64,000 bases of DNA from an uncultured Methanosarcinales archaeon. Its GTDB lineage: Archaea; Nanobdellota; Nanobdellia; Woesearchaeales; JAHJBD01. The position numbers and the translations under genes are program-made. Under the pieces are notes generated by a model that saw nothing but the letters and a program-made list of their open reading frames with translations, was not told where the DNA came from and searched no databases. Location of the stretch: NCBI GenBank assembly GCA_964534665.1, contig CAZHRT010000002.1, positions 42,231 through 106,230 on the forward strand. The letters run 5' to 3'. Numbering within the stretch: the first letter of the stretch is position 1; every line of letters begins with the position of its first letter. Shown here one piece after another: positions 49,473-59,267 of the stretch.

Positions 49473-49689
49473 TATGAAAACATTAGAAGATTTAAAAGCC
49501 AAACAAAAAGGCATTGTAAAAGAAGTTAAAGATAAAGAACTTAGTAATCATTTGATTAGATTTGGTATTGGTAAGGGCTCTAAGATAACGTGTAATGAAA
49601 AAATACCTTTAGGTCCAATAATAATTAAATTTAATTTACAAGAAATAGCTATTGCAAGAAATTTAGCTAAAATGGTAGTATTAAAATGA
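49450..49689 (+). CDS. feoA: FeoA-like protein
   Basis: 79 aa SH3-like; LKAKQKGIVKEV...IRFGIGKGSKI; overlaps feoB start. Confidence 0.6.
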   Translation: MERIYHINMKTLEDLKAKQKGIVKEVKDKELSNHLIRFGIGKGSKITCNEKIPLGPIIIKFNLQEIAIARNLAKMVVLK

Positions 49690-51395
49690 AAAATATTGTT
49701 TTAGCTGGCAACCCAAATGTTGGAAAATCTGTTTTCTTTAATTATTTTGGTGGTGTGTATGCAGATGTCAGTAATTTTCCAGGTACAACAGTTGAAGTAG
49801 CAAAAACACATTACAAAAATCATCAAATTCTTGATACTCCAGGAATTTATAACTTAGGAAAAGAAAATGATGAAGAAAAAGTAGCATTTGATATAATTAA
49901 AAAGGGAGATGCAATCCTAAATATTGTTGATGCAACCCATTTAGAAAGAGATATTTTCTTAACATTACAATTGATCGAATTAGGTAAACCCTTGATTGTT
50001 GCTTTAAATTTTATGGATGATGCTAAAGAAAATGGTGTTGATATAGATACTAAAAAACTAACAAAACTACTTGGTGTTGATATTATTGAAACAGTTGCAA
50101 CAAAAAATAAAGGATTGGATAAAATTAATTTTAAAAATTTTAAAAAAGGGCATTTAGTAAAATTAACAAAAATAGATTCTTGTAAATCAGCATGTAATGG
50201 TTGCGATCTTGATATGTTTCGAAGAAACAAAGTTGATAACATTATCAATAGCACTGTTAAATATAATTCAGGACCAAAGAAAGTTGGTGAAGTATTTGCT
50301 CGCTTATCAACACACCCTTTTGCTGGTGTAATAATTTTACTATTAATTATGTACTTATTATACTTGTTTGTGGGTGTGTTTGTTGCTCAAACAGTTGTTG
50401 GTGTAACAGAAGAGACAATTATGCAAGGTTATTACGAACCATTTATCATAAATACCCTCAGTAATTTAATTCCTCAAGGATCTGCTATTGGTACAATTGT
50501 ATATGGTGAGTTTGGTTTAATTACTATGACTATAACTTACTTACTAGGTTTATTATTACCCTTAGTGCTAGGTTTTTATCTAGTTCTTTCAATATTAGAA
50601 GATAGTGGTTATCTTCCAAGGTTAGCTGCATTAGTTGATAGATTACTAAATTTTATAGGTTTGAATGGCAAAGCAGTAATTCCTTTAATTCTTGGTCTTG
50701 GTTGTGTTACATGTGCAACAATAACAACAAGAATTCTTAAAACAAAGCGAGAAAAAACAATTGCAACTTCTATCTTACAGTTTGTCATACCTTGTTCTGC
50801 ACAAATAGGCGTTATAGCAGCATTACTTGCAATTGCAGGCAAAAAATACTTGATAGGTTATGTTTTAATCATATTCATTATTCTTGTCTTATTAGGCACA
50901 ATATTAAACAAATTCTTGCCAGGAAAATCTTCACAATTATTATTACACTTGCCTAGAATGAGACTACCAAGAATTAACAATGTTTTAAAGAAAACTTATA
51001 CTAAAACTAAATGTTTTATGAAAGAAGCAACTGTATGGTTCTTTATTGGTGCTTTTATTGTTGGTTTTATGCAAGTTACTGGATTATTGATTAGAATTCA
51101 GGAATGGATAAAACCTTTTGTTGTAGGTTTTTTACAACTTCCAAAAGAAGCAGCTGTTGCTTTTATCATGGGGCTAGTAAGACGAGATTTTGGGGCAGCT
51201 GGTTTTTATAACATGTCATTATCTCCACCACAAATACTAGTTGCTATGGTTACCATCACTTTATTTGTACCATGTATTGCTTCTGCAATGATTTTGTTTA
51301 AAGAACGTGGCTGGAAAACAGGATCTTTTATATGGTTAGGTACATGGATATTTGCTTTCTTAATTGGTGGTATAGTTTCCCATTTAATTATCTAA
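49686..51395 (+). CDS. feoB: ferrous iron transporter FeoB
   Basis: G1 IVLAGNPNVGKS, G-domain then ~8 TM with gate motif regions. Confidence 0.85.
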   Translation: MKNIVLAGNPNVGKSVFFNYFGGVYADVSNFPGTTVEVAKTHYKNHQILDTPGIYNLGKENDEEKVAFDIIKKGDAILNIVDATHLERDIFLTLQLIELGKPLIVALNFMDDAKENGVDIDTKKLTKLLGVDIIETVATKNKGLDKINFKNFKKGHLVKLTKIDSCKSACNGCDLDMFRRNKVDNIINSTVKYNSGPKKVGEVFARLSTHPFAGVIILLLIMYLLYLFVGVFVAQTVVGVTEETIMQGYYEPFIINTLSNLIPQGSAIGTIVYGEFGLITMTITYLLGLLLPLVLGFYLVLSILEDSGYLPRLAALVDRLLNFIGLNGKAVIPLILGLGCVTCATITTRILKTKREKTIATSILQFVIPCSAQIGVIAALLAIAGKKYLIGYVLIIFIILVLLGTILNKFLPGKSSQLLLHLPRMRLPRINNVLKKTYTKTKCFMKEATVWFFIGAFIVGFMQVTGLLIRIQEWIKPFVVGFLQLPKEAAVAFIMGLVRRDFGAAGFYNMSLSPPQILVAMVTITLFVPCIASAMILFKERGWKTGSFIWLGTWIFAFLIGGIVSHLII

Positions 51396-52613
51396 CCAAG
51401 GTTCAATAACTCTATCTAAAGCACCTTGAATATAACTTAAGAAAACTCCATAATTAGTATATGGTATACCTAAACTATTAAGGTCTCTTAATCTTGCAGC
51501 AATTTTTTGAGAAGATATCATGCAACCACCACAATGTATAATCAACTTATATTCCATTAATTTATTATTTTCTTGAAACTCTCTCCCAAAATTATGTTGA
51601 ACAACAACACCAGGATATTTCTGAGACATATATTCAGGAATTTGTTTTGTTCCAATATCTTCACCAATCCTTGAATGATTGCACGCTTCTACAATTAATA
51701 TCTTATCACCCACAACTAAACTATCAAGCATCTTAACACCTTCAACAAATTCATTTAAACGCCCTTTTGAAACATAATTTATCATAACTATGGAAAAAGT
51801 AGTTAACATAATATCCTCTGGCACAAGTTTATGCATGATATCCATTGCTTGACTATCTGTTATAATTGCTTTAGGCCTTTTCTTAAAACTTTCAAGATAA
51901 CTATGAAAACGCATAATTTCTGTTTCATCACCTTGCCTTATTTTAACTAAATCCATTCGATAACAACTAGGATATGCCCAATTTCTTGTGATAAACTCAT
52001 CCACCATTGCTTGAGGCCTTAGATATCTTCCAGTAGGTGTTTCAATATCCATTGGAATATTCAATACATAAAATTCATCTTTTTCAATAAATGGCAATAA
52101 CTCAATTTTCTTATTTTTTGATTCAAAGTTTTCTAAAATAAAATTTAGTAACTCTTGCCTATAATTTTCATCATTAGCTTTAATTCTAATCTTTTTATAA
52201 AACTTCAATAATTTGATTTTATCATCAGCATTATTTTCATCCTCAAACAAATTATAAACTATCAATATTTGTTTATTTAATTCTCGAGCATTTTTTAATA
52301 TCTTATCTTCAGTATCAAGATATTCTTTAGATGGATCAATAACTAACAATACAAGGTCACATTCTTTTAGATCAGAAATAATTTTTAATCGCTTTTTTTC
52401 TCCAAGTTGATCTGTTTCATCATAACCAGCAGTATCAAACAGTTTAACAGGTCCTAAACCATGAATCTCTTGTAAAGTAGTCTTTGTATCAGCAGTTGTT
52501 CCAGGTGTTGAATCAACAATTGAAGTTATTTGTTGAGTTAAAAGATTCATAACACTACTTTTTCCCACATTCATCCTTCCAAATATTCCAATATTATCTC
52601 TGTCTATTAGCAT
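51384..52613 (-). CDS. hydF: [FeFe]-hydrogenase maturase GTPase HydF
   Basis: GIFGRMNVGKSS G1; C-term EACNHSRIG (CxH) and IIHCGGCM (HCxxC) cluster motifs. Confidence 0.7.
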   Translation of the reverse strand: MLIDRDNIGIFGRMNVGKSSVMNLLTQQITSIVDSTPGTTADTKTTLQEIHGLGPVKLFDTAGYDETDQLGEKKRLKIISDLKECDLVLLVIDPSKEYLDTEDKILKNARELNKQILIVYNLFEDENNADDKIKLLKFYKKIRIKANDENYRQELLNFILENFESKNKKIELLPFIEKDEFYVLNIPMDIETPTGRYLRPQAMVDEFITRNWAYPSCYRMDLVKIRQGDETEIMRFHSYLESFKKRPKAIITDSQAMDIMHKLVPEDIMLTTFSIVMINYVSKGRLNEFVEGVKMLDSLVVGDKILIVEACNHSRIGEDIGTKQIPEYMSQKYPGVVVQHNFGREFQENNKLMEYKLIIHCGGCMISSQKIAARLRDLNSLGIPYTNYGVFLSYIQGALDRVIEPWLDN

Positions 52614-53607
52614 AGTTTAACGAGTCACCCCATTCTCCAAACGCAGGTGTCAGACCAGTAGATTTAATCCTTTGCGTTATACAACCTAAACATTCTTCAG
52701 AAGTTTCATTGATGCAAGGTTTATCATCATATAATAGATATTGATTACGATACTTTGTTGGTGTAGTTATTGGCATTATAATATTAGCACCCGCTTTTAA
52801 TCCTAACTCTCTTCCAATAGGATTTAACACCTGTAATGCTGTTGTTGATGCAATATTTATGTTAGGCATTAATATTCTTAAGGCAGCAATCATATTTAAT
52901 GATAAATCAAGATCAGCATTAACATCTTTTCTTAGATATGGTCCCATGCCAACCATATCAACATCAATTTCTTTAAAGAATAAAAGGTCTTTAGCAAGAT
53001 TCTCAATTGTTTGGAACGGAGAATTAATCATAACACCTGTTCCAACCTGAAAACCAATATCTTTTAGATCTTTAAGACACTGTTTTCTAGTATCAAAACT
53101 CATATTAGCTGGGTGTAATCTTTCATAATGTTTTTTATCAGAAGTTTCAATCCTTAATAGATATCTGTGAGCACCAGCATCAAAGAACCTTTGAAATATT
53201 TCTTTAGTTTGTTCACCAACACATAAGGTAATCCCAAGCTTTGGAAATTTCTCTTTAATTTGCTTAACAACATCTTCAACAAAGTCAATAAACTTATAAT
53301 CTTGTCTTTCACCTGATTGTAATACAATTGAACCATAATTAACATCATTACAAAATTTAGCACTATCTAAAATCTCTTGTTTAGTCATCTTATATCTTTT
53401 AACATCTTTACTTTTGCTAATACCACAATACCCACAATCATTATCACAGATATTCGAAAACTCAATTAATCCTCTAAAATAAACCTTATTTTTTACAGTT
53501 TTATCTCTAATTTCAGCAGCTTTCTTATGCAAACTCTTTTGCTCTTCTCCTTTAGCATTCAACTGTTCTAATAATTCAGAAATATAAGTCTCGTTCTCCA
53601 TTTTCAA
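52594..53607 (-). CDS. hydE: [FeFe]-hydrogenase maturase radical SAM HydE (biotin-synthase-like)
   Basis: NICDNDCGYCG CxxxCxxC near N-terminus, ~340 aa BioB-like. Confidence 0.65.
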   Translation of the reverse strand: MKMENETYISELLEQLNAKGEEQKSLHKKAAEIRDKTVKNKVYFRGLIEFSNICDNDCGYCGISKSKDVKRYKMTKQEILDSAKFCNDVNYGSIVLQSGERQDYKFIDFVEDVVKQIKEKFPKLGITLCVGEQTKEIFQRFFDAGAHRYLLRIETSDKKHYERLHPANMSFDTRKQCLKDLKDIGFQVGTGVMINSPFQTIENLAKDLLFFKEIDVDMVGMGPYLRKDVNADLDLSLNMIAALRILMPNINIASTTALQVLNPIGRELGLKAGANIIMPITTPTKYRNQYLLYDDKPCINETSEECLGCITQRIKSTGLTPAFGEWGDSLNYANRQR

Positions 53608-54952
53608 TTCTTTTTAGATATTTGTTTGTTAATTCCTTTCTTTCTTCACTTGGAATATTTTCAATTTCTTTTTTTATAATCTCATTACCTGATTGTTTTG
53701 TTTCAATATCAGCATAATCAACTAAATATTCTTTTAATGTTGTTAGAGCATTTGGTAAACAATGTAATTTAATCAATCCAGGTTTTGCTAAATCCATAAA
53801 ATCCTTGCCAACTCTTCCTAACCTATAACATCCAGTACAAAATGAAGGAACATAACCTTGATTTAGAACTGAACTGATAATTTCCCCTGTAGATCTTGTA
53901 TCATTTAAAGAAAACTGTTCTTCATTTTCAGGGTTTACTATAGATTCTTCATATCCACCAGGGTTAGTTTTTGAACCAGCACTAATTTGGCTAACTCCAA
54001 GATCAAAAACTTGTTTACGCATGTCAGCAGATTCTCTTGTTGATAATATTATCCCTGTATAAGGGACAGCACATCTTAGTACAGCAACTATTTTTTTAAA
54101 ATCCTTATCTGATACTGGGTGAGGTATATTATTTGCAGCAGGTGCGTTCTGTGCAGGTTCTAACCTAGGAACAGATATGGTATGTGGTCCAACATTAAAT
54201 TTTTCATCTAAATGTTTAGCATGTTGTATTAATGCTAACACTTCAAACCTGTAATCATACAATCCAAACAATGCACCAATACCAACATCATTTATTCCAT
54301 TACTTAATGCACGATCCATACATTCGATTCTCCAATTATAATCTGCTTTCTTTCCAGTTGGATGCATTTCCTTATATGTGTCATGATGGTATGTTTCCTG
54401 AAAAACAGTATATGTTCCAATTTTTACATTATTTAAAATCTTAAATTGGTCGTCTGTTAAAGGAGCAATTTCAATATTTATTCTTCTGATTGAATTACCT
54501 TTTGAATCTTTAACAGAATACACAGCTTTTATAGATTTAAAGAAATAATCTAGACTACATTCAGAATTCTCCCCCATTAACATTAATATTCTTTTGTGCC
54601 CTTGTTCAAGAATAAATTTTGTTTCTTTTTTAATTTGATCTAATGTAAGGCAAGTTCTTTTCATAGAAGTATTATCAATTCTAAAACCACAATAAAGACA
54701 ATTATTAGAACAATGATTAGAAACATACAAAGGTGCAAACAAAACTAACCTATTACCATAAATCAATTGCTTAATCTTTGAAGCAGTTTTGAATAACTTT
54801 TGTAGGTTTTCATCATCCTTAATATTAATTAATTTTGCAACATCTTCTAAAGACAATCCTTTAAGCTGTAATGCTTTGTCTAATACGAAATCAACATTCT
54901 GGGGATTAATATCTAACAAAGAGTTAATCAGATTTTCATCAATAAAATTCAT
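53576..54952 (-). CDS. hydG: [FeFe]-hydrogenase maturase radical SAM HydG (ThiH-like tyrosine lyase)
   Basis: SNHCSNNCLYCGF; C-terminal CTGC-x22-C auxiliary-cluster motif. Confidence 0.7.
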   Translation of the reverse strand: MNFIDENLINSLLDINPQNVDFVLDKALQLKGLSLEDVAKLINIKDDENLQKLFKTASKIKQLIYGNRLVLFAPLYVSNHCSNNCLYCGFRIDNTSMKRTCLTLDQIKKETKFILEQGHKRILMLMGENSECSLDYFFKSIKAVYSVKDSKGNSIRRINIEIAPLTDDQFKILNNVKIGTYTVFQETYHHDTYKEMHPTGKKADYNWRIECMDRALSNGINDVGIGALFGLYDYRFEVLALIQHAKHLDEKFNVGPHTISVPRLEPAQNAPAANNIPHPVSDKDFKKIVAVLRCAVPYTGIILSTRESADMRKQVFDLGVSQISAGSKTNPGGYEESIVNPENEEQFSLNDTRSTGEIISSVLNQGYVPSFCTGCYRLGRVGKDFMDLAKPGLIKLHCLPNALTTLKEYLVDYADIETKQSGNEIIKKEIENIPSEERKELTNKYLKRIENGERDLYF

Positions 54953-55025
54953 AAATTAAACTAAATTTATGATTATAAAATAGTATCGTTAAATATTTAA
55001 ACTATAAAGTTAAACTAAGTTTAAA

Positions 55026-55460
55026 ATGTTAACTAAGAATGAAAAAAAGGTATTATCCATATTAATCAACAATGCTAGAGTTAGTGATAGTGAAATATCT
55101 AACAAAATAGGTATTACACCTCAAGGTGTTAGAAAGATAAGGAAGAAATTAGAAAACAATTACATAAATCAATACAGAACAATTGTTGATTATGATAAAA
55201 TTGGCATAAAAGTTTTTGCAATTGCACAAATTAAGTTATTAAATACAGAATTATTAAAAAGTAAGAATATAATTGGTGCATTTGAAATAAACGAAGCAAA
55301 CCTTACCCACATCCTAATTCTCGGATTTAATTCTCTTGAAGAAGTTGACGATTATAAAAGATTCATTAAAAAAGATGCTTTAATTCAAAAGATGAATCTT
55401 ATATCAAACAAAGGTATGTTAAAAAATTCCCCAGTAGAATTAATAAGAAATCAGTTATAA
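55026..55460 (+). CDS. HTH transcriptional regulator (Lrp/AsnC-like)
   Basis: NEKKVLSILINNARVSDSEISNKIGITPQGVRKIRKKLE. Confidence 0.45.
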   Translation: MLTKNEKKVLSILINNARVSDSEISNKIGITPQGVRKIRKKLENNYINQYRTIVDYDKIGIKVFAIAQIKLLNTELLKSKNIIGAFEINEANLTHILILGFNSLEEVDDYKRFIKKDALIQKMNLISNKGMLKNSPVELIRNQL

Positions 55461-55673
55461 TAGTAAAGGATCTTTAGATCCCCTTTGTTCTTGATACATT
55501 GAAGAAATTCTTTCATATAATCCAGGTCCAAACTTAGTTCTACGATGGATATGACTTCTTACCTCAGGGAAAGTAAATTCAAATACGTCAGTTTTTATTC
55601 TTGCATTATCTCCAAAACGATCACATAATTGATTAAGAAAATCCATTACTAAATAATTTGGTTTTTCATCCAT
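55455..55673 (-). CDS. small hypothetical protein
   Basis: 72 aa ORF. Confidence 0.3.
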   Translation of the reverse strand: MDEKPNYLVMDFLNQLCDRFGDNARIKTDVFEFTFPEVRSHIHRRTKFGPGLYERISSMYQEQRGSKDPLLL

Positions 55674-55706
55674 AATAAAAGAAAAAATAAGATTGCTTAT
55701 AAAAAT

Positions 55707-56141
55707 CTAAGCAACTTCAATAATTTTAATCTTAAAGTTTAAGTTTTTACCAGCTAAAGGATGGTTTAAATCAATTGTAACTTCTTTATCATTAATTTCA
55801 ACAATTTTAGCAGGCATTTTTTGACCTTCAGGACTTTGTAACATCAAAGCCATACCAACTTTTGGTTCCGGTTCTTTAGGCATTTTATCACGTGGAACTT
55901 TTTGAAGTAATGCAGGATTATTATCTCCATAAGCATTTTTACTTTCAATCTTAAATTCTTTTTCTTCATCTTTTTCCATACCCATTACAGCATCATCAAA
56001 ACCTTTGATCACTTTGCCTTCACCAGCAACAAATTCTAAAGGATGTGAATGATCACCATGTGTTGAGCTGTCAAAAACAGTCCCATCATCTAATTTCCCT
56101 TCATATTCAACTTTAATTTTATCTCCTTTCTTAATTGGCAT
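55707..56141 (-). CDS. FKBP-type peptidyl-prolyl isomerase (SlyD-like, with IF insert)
   Basis: KGDKIKVEYEGKLDDGTVFDSS...LEFVAGEGKVIKGFDDAVMGM. Confidence 0.75.
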   Translation of the reverse strand: MPIKKGDKIKVEYEGKLDDGTVFDSSTHGDHSHPLEFVAGEGKVIKGFDDAVMGMEKDEEKEFKIESKNAYGDNNPALLQKVPRDKMPKEPEPKVGMALMLQSPEGQKMPAKIVEINDKEVTIDLNHPLAGKNLNFKIKIIEVA

Positions 56142-56194
56142 TTTATCAACTCCATATAATTTTAATAAAAGGCAATAAAGTGAATTATATAAGA

Positions 56195-56490
56195 GTTTGG
56201 GTTATGTCAAAAACCACCCATCAATAGATTGGTGGCATGTTTGGCAAAGCCTAGCAAGCAATAGGCTCCTGACGTGGTTTTTGAGCATGTTCAGAATACC
56301 GCCAGTCAACAGACTGATGGTATACTGACATGTGAAAAACACAAAGGTTTATAAATGGAAGAGTACTATTAACCATTGGTACCTCACAGGTTTAATCGGA
56401 GGTGGTAACATGAGAGACTATATATTGGTTGGAAACGACCATATGAGTGATTTCCTCGATAAGTAGGAAATCATACCTTCTAATCATTCT
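56195..56490. ncRNA. candidate structured non-coding RNA (GC-enriched, hairpin-rich island in 430-nt ORF-free spacer); identity unresolved
   Basis: local GC far above surroundings; verified stems: ~16-bp imperfect hairpin CAGAATACCGCCAGTC-AACA-GACTGATGGTATACTG (56292-56327), AGCCT-N10-AGGCT, CCACC-N12-GGTGG, GATTTCCT-N8-AGGAAATC (56449-56472). Confidence 0.3.
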
Positions 56491-56571
56491 TACCAAAACT
56501 TAAATTTTAAGTATTTGGTATATGATTCTAAGGAACCATTCTATTATTTTAAACAATAAAAAAGAAATAAT

Positions 56572-56820
56572 TTATTTTTCAGGCATAATAATCCATGCTA
56601 TAAAATATGCTAATAAACCTACTCCTGATAATCCAAGAATTACCCATATTACCCTAATCAAAACTGGGTCAACATCAAAGTAATCACCAAGTCCCCCACA
56701 TACTCCACCAAATACCTTATTATTTTTTGACCGGTAAAGTCTTTTAACTTTTTTTGTCATAAAACCCATAAAATAATACAGAATTATAAACTTTTCCATT
56801 ACAACAAAATATATAAACAA
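56572..56820 (-). CDS. pspC: PspC-domain membrane protein
   Basis: RLYRSKNNKVFGGVCGGLGDYFDVDPVLIRVIWVIL. Confidence 0.7.
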   Translation of the reverse strand: MFIYFVVMEKFIILYYFMGFMTKKVKRLYRSKNNKVFGGVCGGLGDYFDVDPVLIRVIWVILGLSGVGLLAYFIAWIIMPEK

Positions 56821-56836
56821 GTAATTCTAATTTTTT

Positions 56837-57574
56837 TTGATGTTAAAGAATACTTTTTGTCATATTCCGGGTGTAGGCAAAGAAACAGAAGCAAATATAT
56901 GGAGAAATAATACACTAAATTGGGAAGAATTTCTAACTAAAAATCAGAATCACAATCTTAATAACCATATAGAACAGTCATTAAACGCATACAGAAACAA
57001 AGATTACAAATATTTTATAGATAATATACCAGGGAAAGATCATTGGCGAACTTATCCAGATTTTAAAGAACAATGCTGTTTTCTTGATATTGAAACAACT
57101 GGTTTAGATAAACATAGGGATGACATTACTTTGATTGGTCTGTATAATGGTACTGAAAGTAAAATCTTCACTCAAGGCGAGAATATTAAAGATTTTGCTC
57201 TTGAATTAGACAAATATCCTTTAGTTGTTACATTTAATGGTCGTTGCTTTGATATACCATTTATTAGAAGAAAATATCCTGAAGTTAACTTAAATAAATT
57301 TCATATTGATTTAAGGTTTGCAATGAAAAACTTAGGTTATAGTGGTGGATTAAAGAAAATTGAAAAACAGCTTGGCATAAACAGAGGAGAAGAACTAGAT
57401 GGTGTTGACGGTTTTGAAGCAGTGAGATTATGGTATAGCTATAAGAAAGGTAATGATGATTCACTTACTTTACTCAAGAAATATCTTAAAGCAGATATTG
57501 AAAACTTAAAGACTATAATGGACTTTGCATTTGATAAATTAAAAGAAAAAGAATTCTTATCAGTAATTGACTAA
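56837..57574 (+). CDS. RNase H-like fold 3'-5' exonuclease (DEDD-type, YprB-like)
   Basis: FLDIETTGLD motif I; FNGRCFDIPF. Confidence 0.45.
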   Translation: MMLKNTFCHIPGVGKETEANIWRNNTLNWEEFLTKNQNHNLNNHIEQSLNAYRNKDYKYFIDNIPGKDHWRTYPDFKEQCCFLDIETTGLDKHRDDITLIGLYNGTESKIFTQGENIKDFALELDKYPLVVTFNGRCFDIPFIRRKYPEVNLNKFHIDLRFAMKNLGYSGGLKKIEKQLGINRGEELDGVDGFEAVRLWYSYKKGNDDSLTLLKKYLKADIENLKTIMDFAFDKLKEKEFLSVID

Positions 57575-57607
57575 ACCTTTAAAAAACCATTAAGGTTTTT
57601 CTTAGTT

Positions 57608-58276
57608 ATGGACAACATAATTTTATGGATATTATTTATGATTGTAGATTTAAGCATGGTATTGATAGCTTACAAATTATTTGGTAAGAACGGATTATAT
57701 GCTATGATTGTAATGAGCATCATTGTTGCTAATATCCAAGTTCTAAAAACAGTTAACATGCTTGGCATGGTAGTTACCTTAGGAAATGTTTTGTATGGTT
57801 CAATATTTTTAGCAACAGACCTATTAAATGAATTTTATGGTAAGAAATCAGCTAAAAAAGGAGTTTGGCTAGGTTTTTTTGTTTTAATATTAACAACATT
57901 ATACATGCAAATAGCTTTATTATTTACTCCAGACATCAGCGATTTTGCACACCCTTTACTTGAAGGTTTATTTGGCTTTTTCCCAAGAATAGTTTTTGCT
58001 TCTCTAGTTGCTTATTTACTTAGTCAGATGCATGATGTATGGGCTTTTTCATTTTGGAAAAAATTTACTCATGGTAAACATCTATGGCTAAGAAACAACG
58101 CATCAACTGTTATCAGTCAGTTAATTGATAGTGTTATATTCTCTGTAATTGCATTCTTAGGAGTATTTCCTTTAGATATATTCTGGCAAATATTACTAAC
58201 AACTTATTTGTTTAAGTTATTTGTAGCGGTAATAGATACGCCGTTTATGTACTTTGCAAAGTTGATAAAGAAATAA
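57608..58276 (+). CDS. yhhQ: queuosine-precursor transporter YhhQ (DUF165)
   Basis: ANIQVLKTV...GNVLYGSIFLATDLLNEFYGKKSAKKGV, 6 TM. Confidence 0.6.
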   Translation: MDNIILWILFMIVDLSMVLIAYKLFGKNGLYAMIVMSIIVANIQVLKTVNMLGMVVTLGNVLYGSIFLATDLLNEFYGKKSAKKGVWLGFFVLILTTLYMQIALLFTPDISDFAHPLLEGLFGFFPRIVFASLVAYLLSQMHDVWAFSFWKKFTHGKHLWLRNNASTVISQLIDSVIFSVIAFLGVFPLDIFWQILLTTYLFKLFVAVIDTPFMYFAKLIKK

Positions 58277-58314
58277 GACATAGGTTTAAAAATGCAGATT
58301 TATTTTACTATATT

Positions 58315-59259
58315 ATGAGTCAAGATAATATGCCTCCAGTGTTAGACAATTTTCCAGATTTAGCTTTAAGTATAGATGAATTAGCACGAAGGGAAATTGA
58401 AGATAATAAAGCAAAGAATAGAGTTGCTTTAGTAGTTGGTGCATGTAAAAGAGAAGGTAATCATCCAGGTATTGGGATGGCAACTGCTTATAAACTTGGA
58501 CTTGGAATGGGTTTTCACGTTGCAGGAACTTATAATTCTAGTGCATCTGGTGCTGAAGAATTAGCTGAACATTTCTCAAGATATAGTGATGGAAGAGACT
58601 TCTTAGGTATTCAAGCAAATATGGATGATTATAGAGAAAGTGTACCAGCTATGATGGAACAAATCAAAGAACGGTTTGGAAGATTAGATGTAGTTGTTTA
58701 TAGTGTTTCTCGTACTGTAAGAGCAAAACAATTATTAGCTTTACAAGATGGTGAAGTAGAATTAACAGATGATGATTGGGAAGACATAATTACTGGAAAT
58801 GTTCATGGATTTAGAAAAACTGCAATCTCTGCAGTTGAATTGATGAGAGAAAATGATTATACCCCTGGACCTAATGGATATCGTGGAAAAATAATTAATT
58901 TAGGTTCTAGTTCTGGAGTTTACTTTTGGTCACCGAATAGAGCACCATACGATGCTTCAAAAGTTGCAGAAGATACTATAGTTAAAGATGTAGCTCTTGA
59001 AACAGGTAGAGACGGAATTTTAGTTATGAATTTAATTACTTCTGTTGTAGACAGTGCAACAATAGAACCAGTTCGTGCTAAATATCACGCTTGGGCTGGG
59101 GAAAAAGATGATACAGGAAGATTTAGGCACGCAGCTTTAGGAAGAATCGCTTCTCCTGAAGAGATAACTAATGTTGTTAGTCATTTAGTTTCTCAAGGAA
59201 CTACATTTTCTACTGGTGGTACTTACGAAGCAACAGGTGGAATCCTAACTCGACTTTAG
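58315..59259 (+). CDS. NAD(P)-binding Rossmann oxidoreductase, SDR-like
   Basis: VALVVGACKREGNHPGIGMATA glycine-rich turn, YDASK (YxxxK); atypical composition. Confidence 0.4.
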   Translation: MSQDNMPPVLDNFPDLALSIDELARREIEDNKAKNRVALVVGACKREGNHPGIGMATAYKLGLGMGFHVAGTYNSSASGAEELAEHFSRYSDGRDFLGIQANMDDYRESVPAMMEQIKERFGRLDVVVYSVSRTVRAKQLLALQDGEVELTDDDWEDIITGNVHGFRKTAISAVELMRENDYTPGPNGYRGKIINLGSSSGVYFWSPNRAPYDASKVAEDTIVKDVALETGRDGILVMNLITSVVDSATIEPVRAKYHAWAGEKDDTGRFRHAALGRIASPEEITNVVSHLVSQGTTFSTGGTYEATGGILTRL

Positions 59260-59267
59260 TGATGTAG

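Noticed and set aside
49847-50842. minus-strand ORFs 49847..50254 and 50609..50842
   Set aside because: Inside feoB on the opposite strand.
52859-54444. ORFs 52859..53050(+), 53154..53363(-), 54232..54444(+)
   Set aside because: Shadows or alternate frames within hydE and hydG.
56292-56327. Possible RNase P RNA CR-V-like motif (TCAGAATACCGCC) and CR-I-like GGCAAAGCC in the GC-rich spacer
   Set aside because: The putative P4 strands are not complementary and no GGAAAGUCC-type block is present, so an RNase P call is not supported. The region is kept only as a generic structured-RNA candidate.
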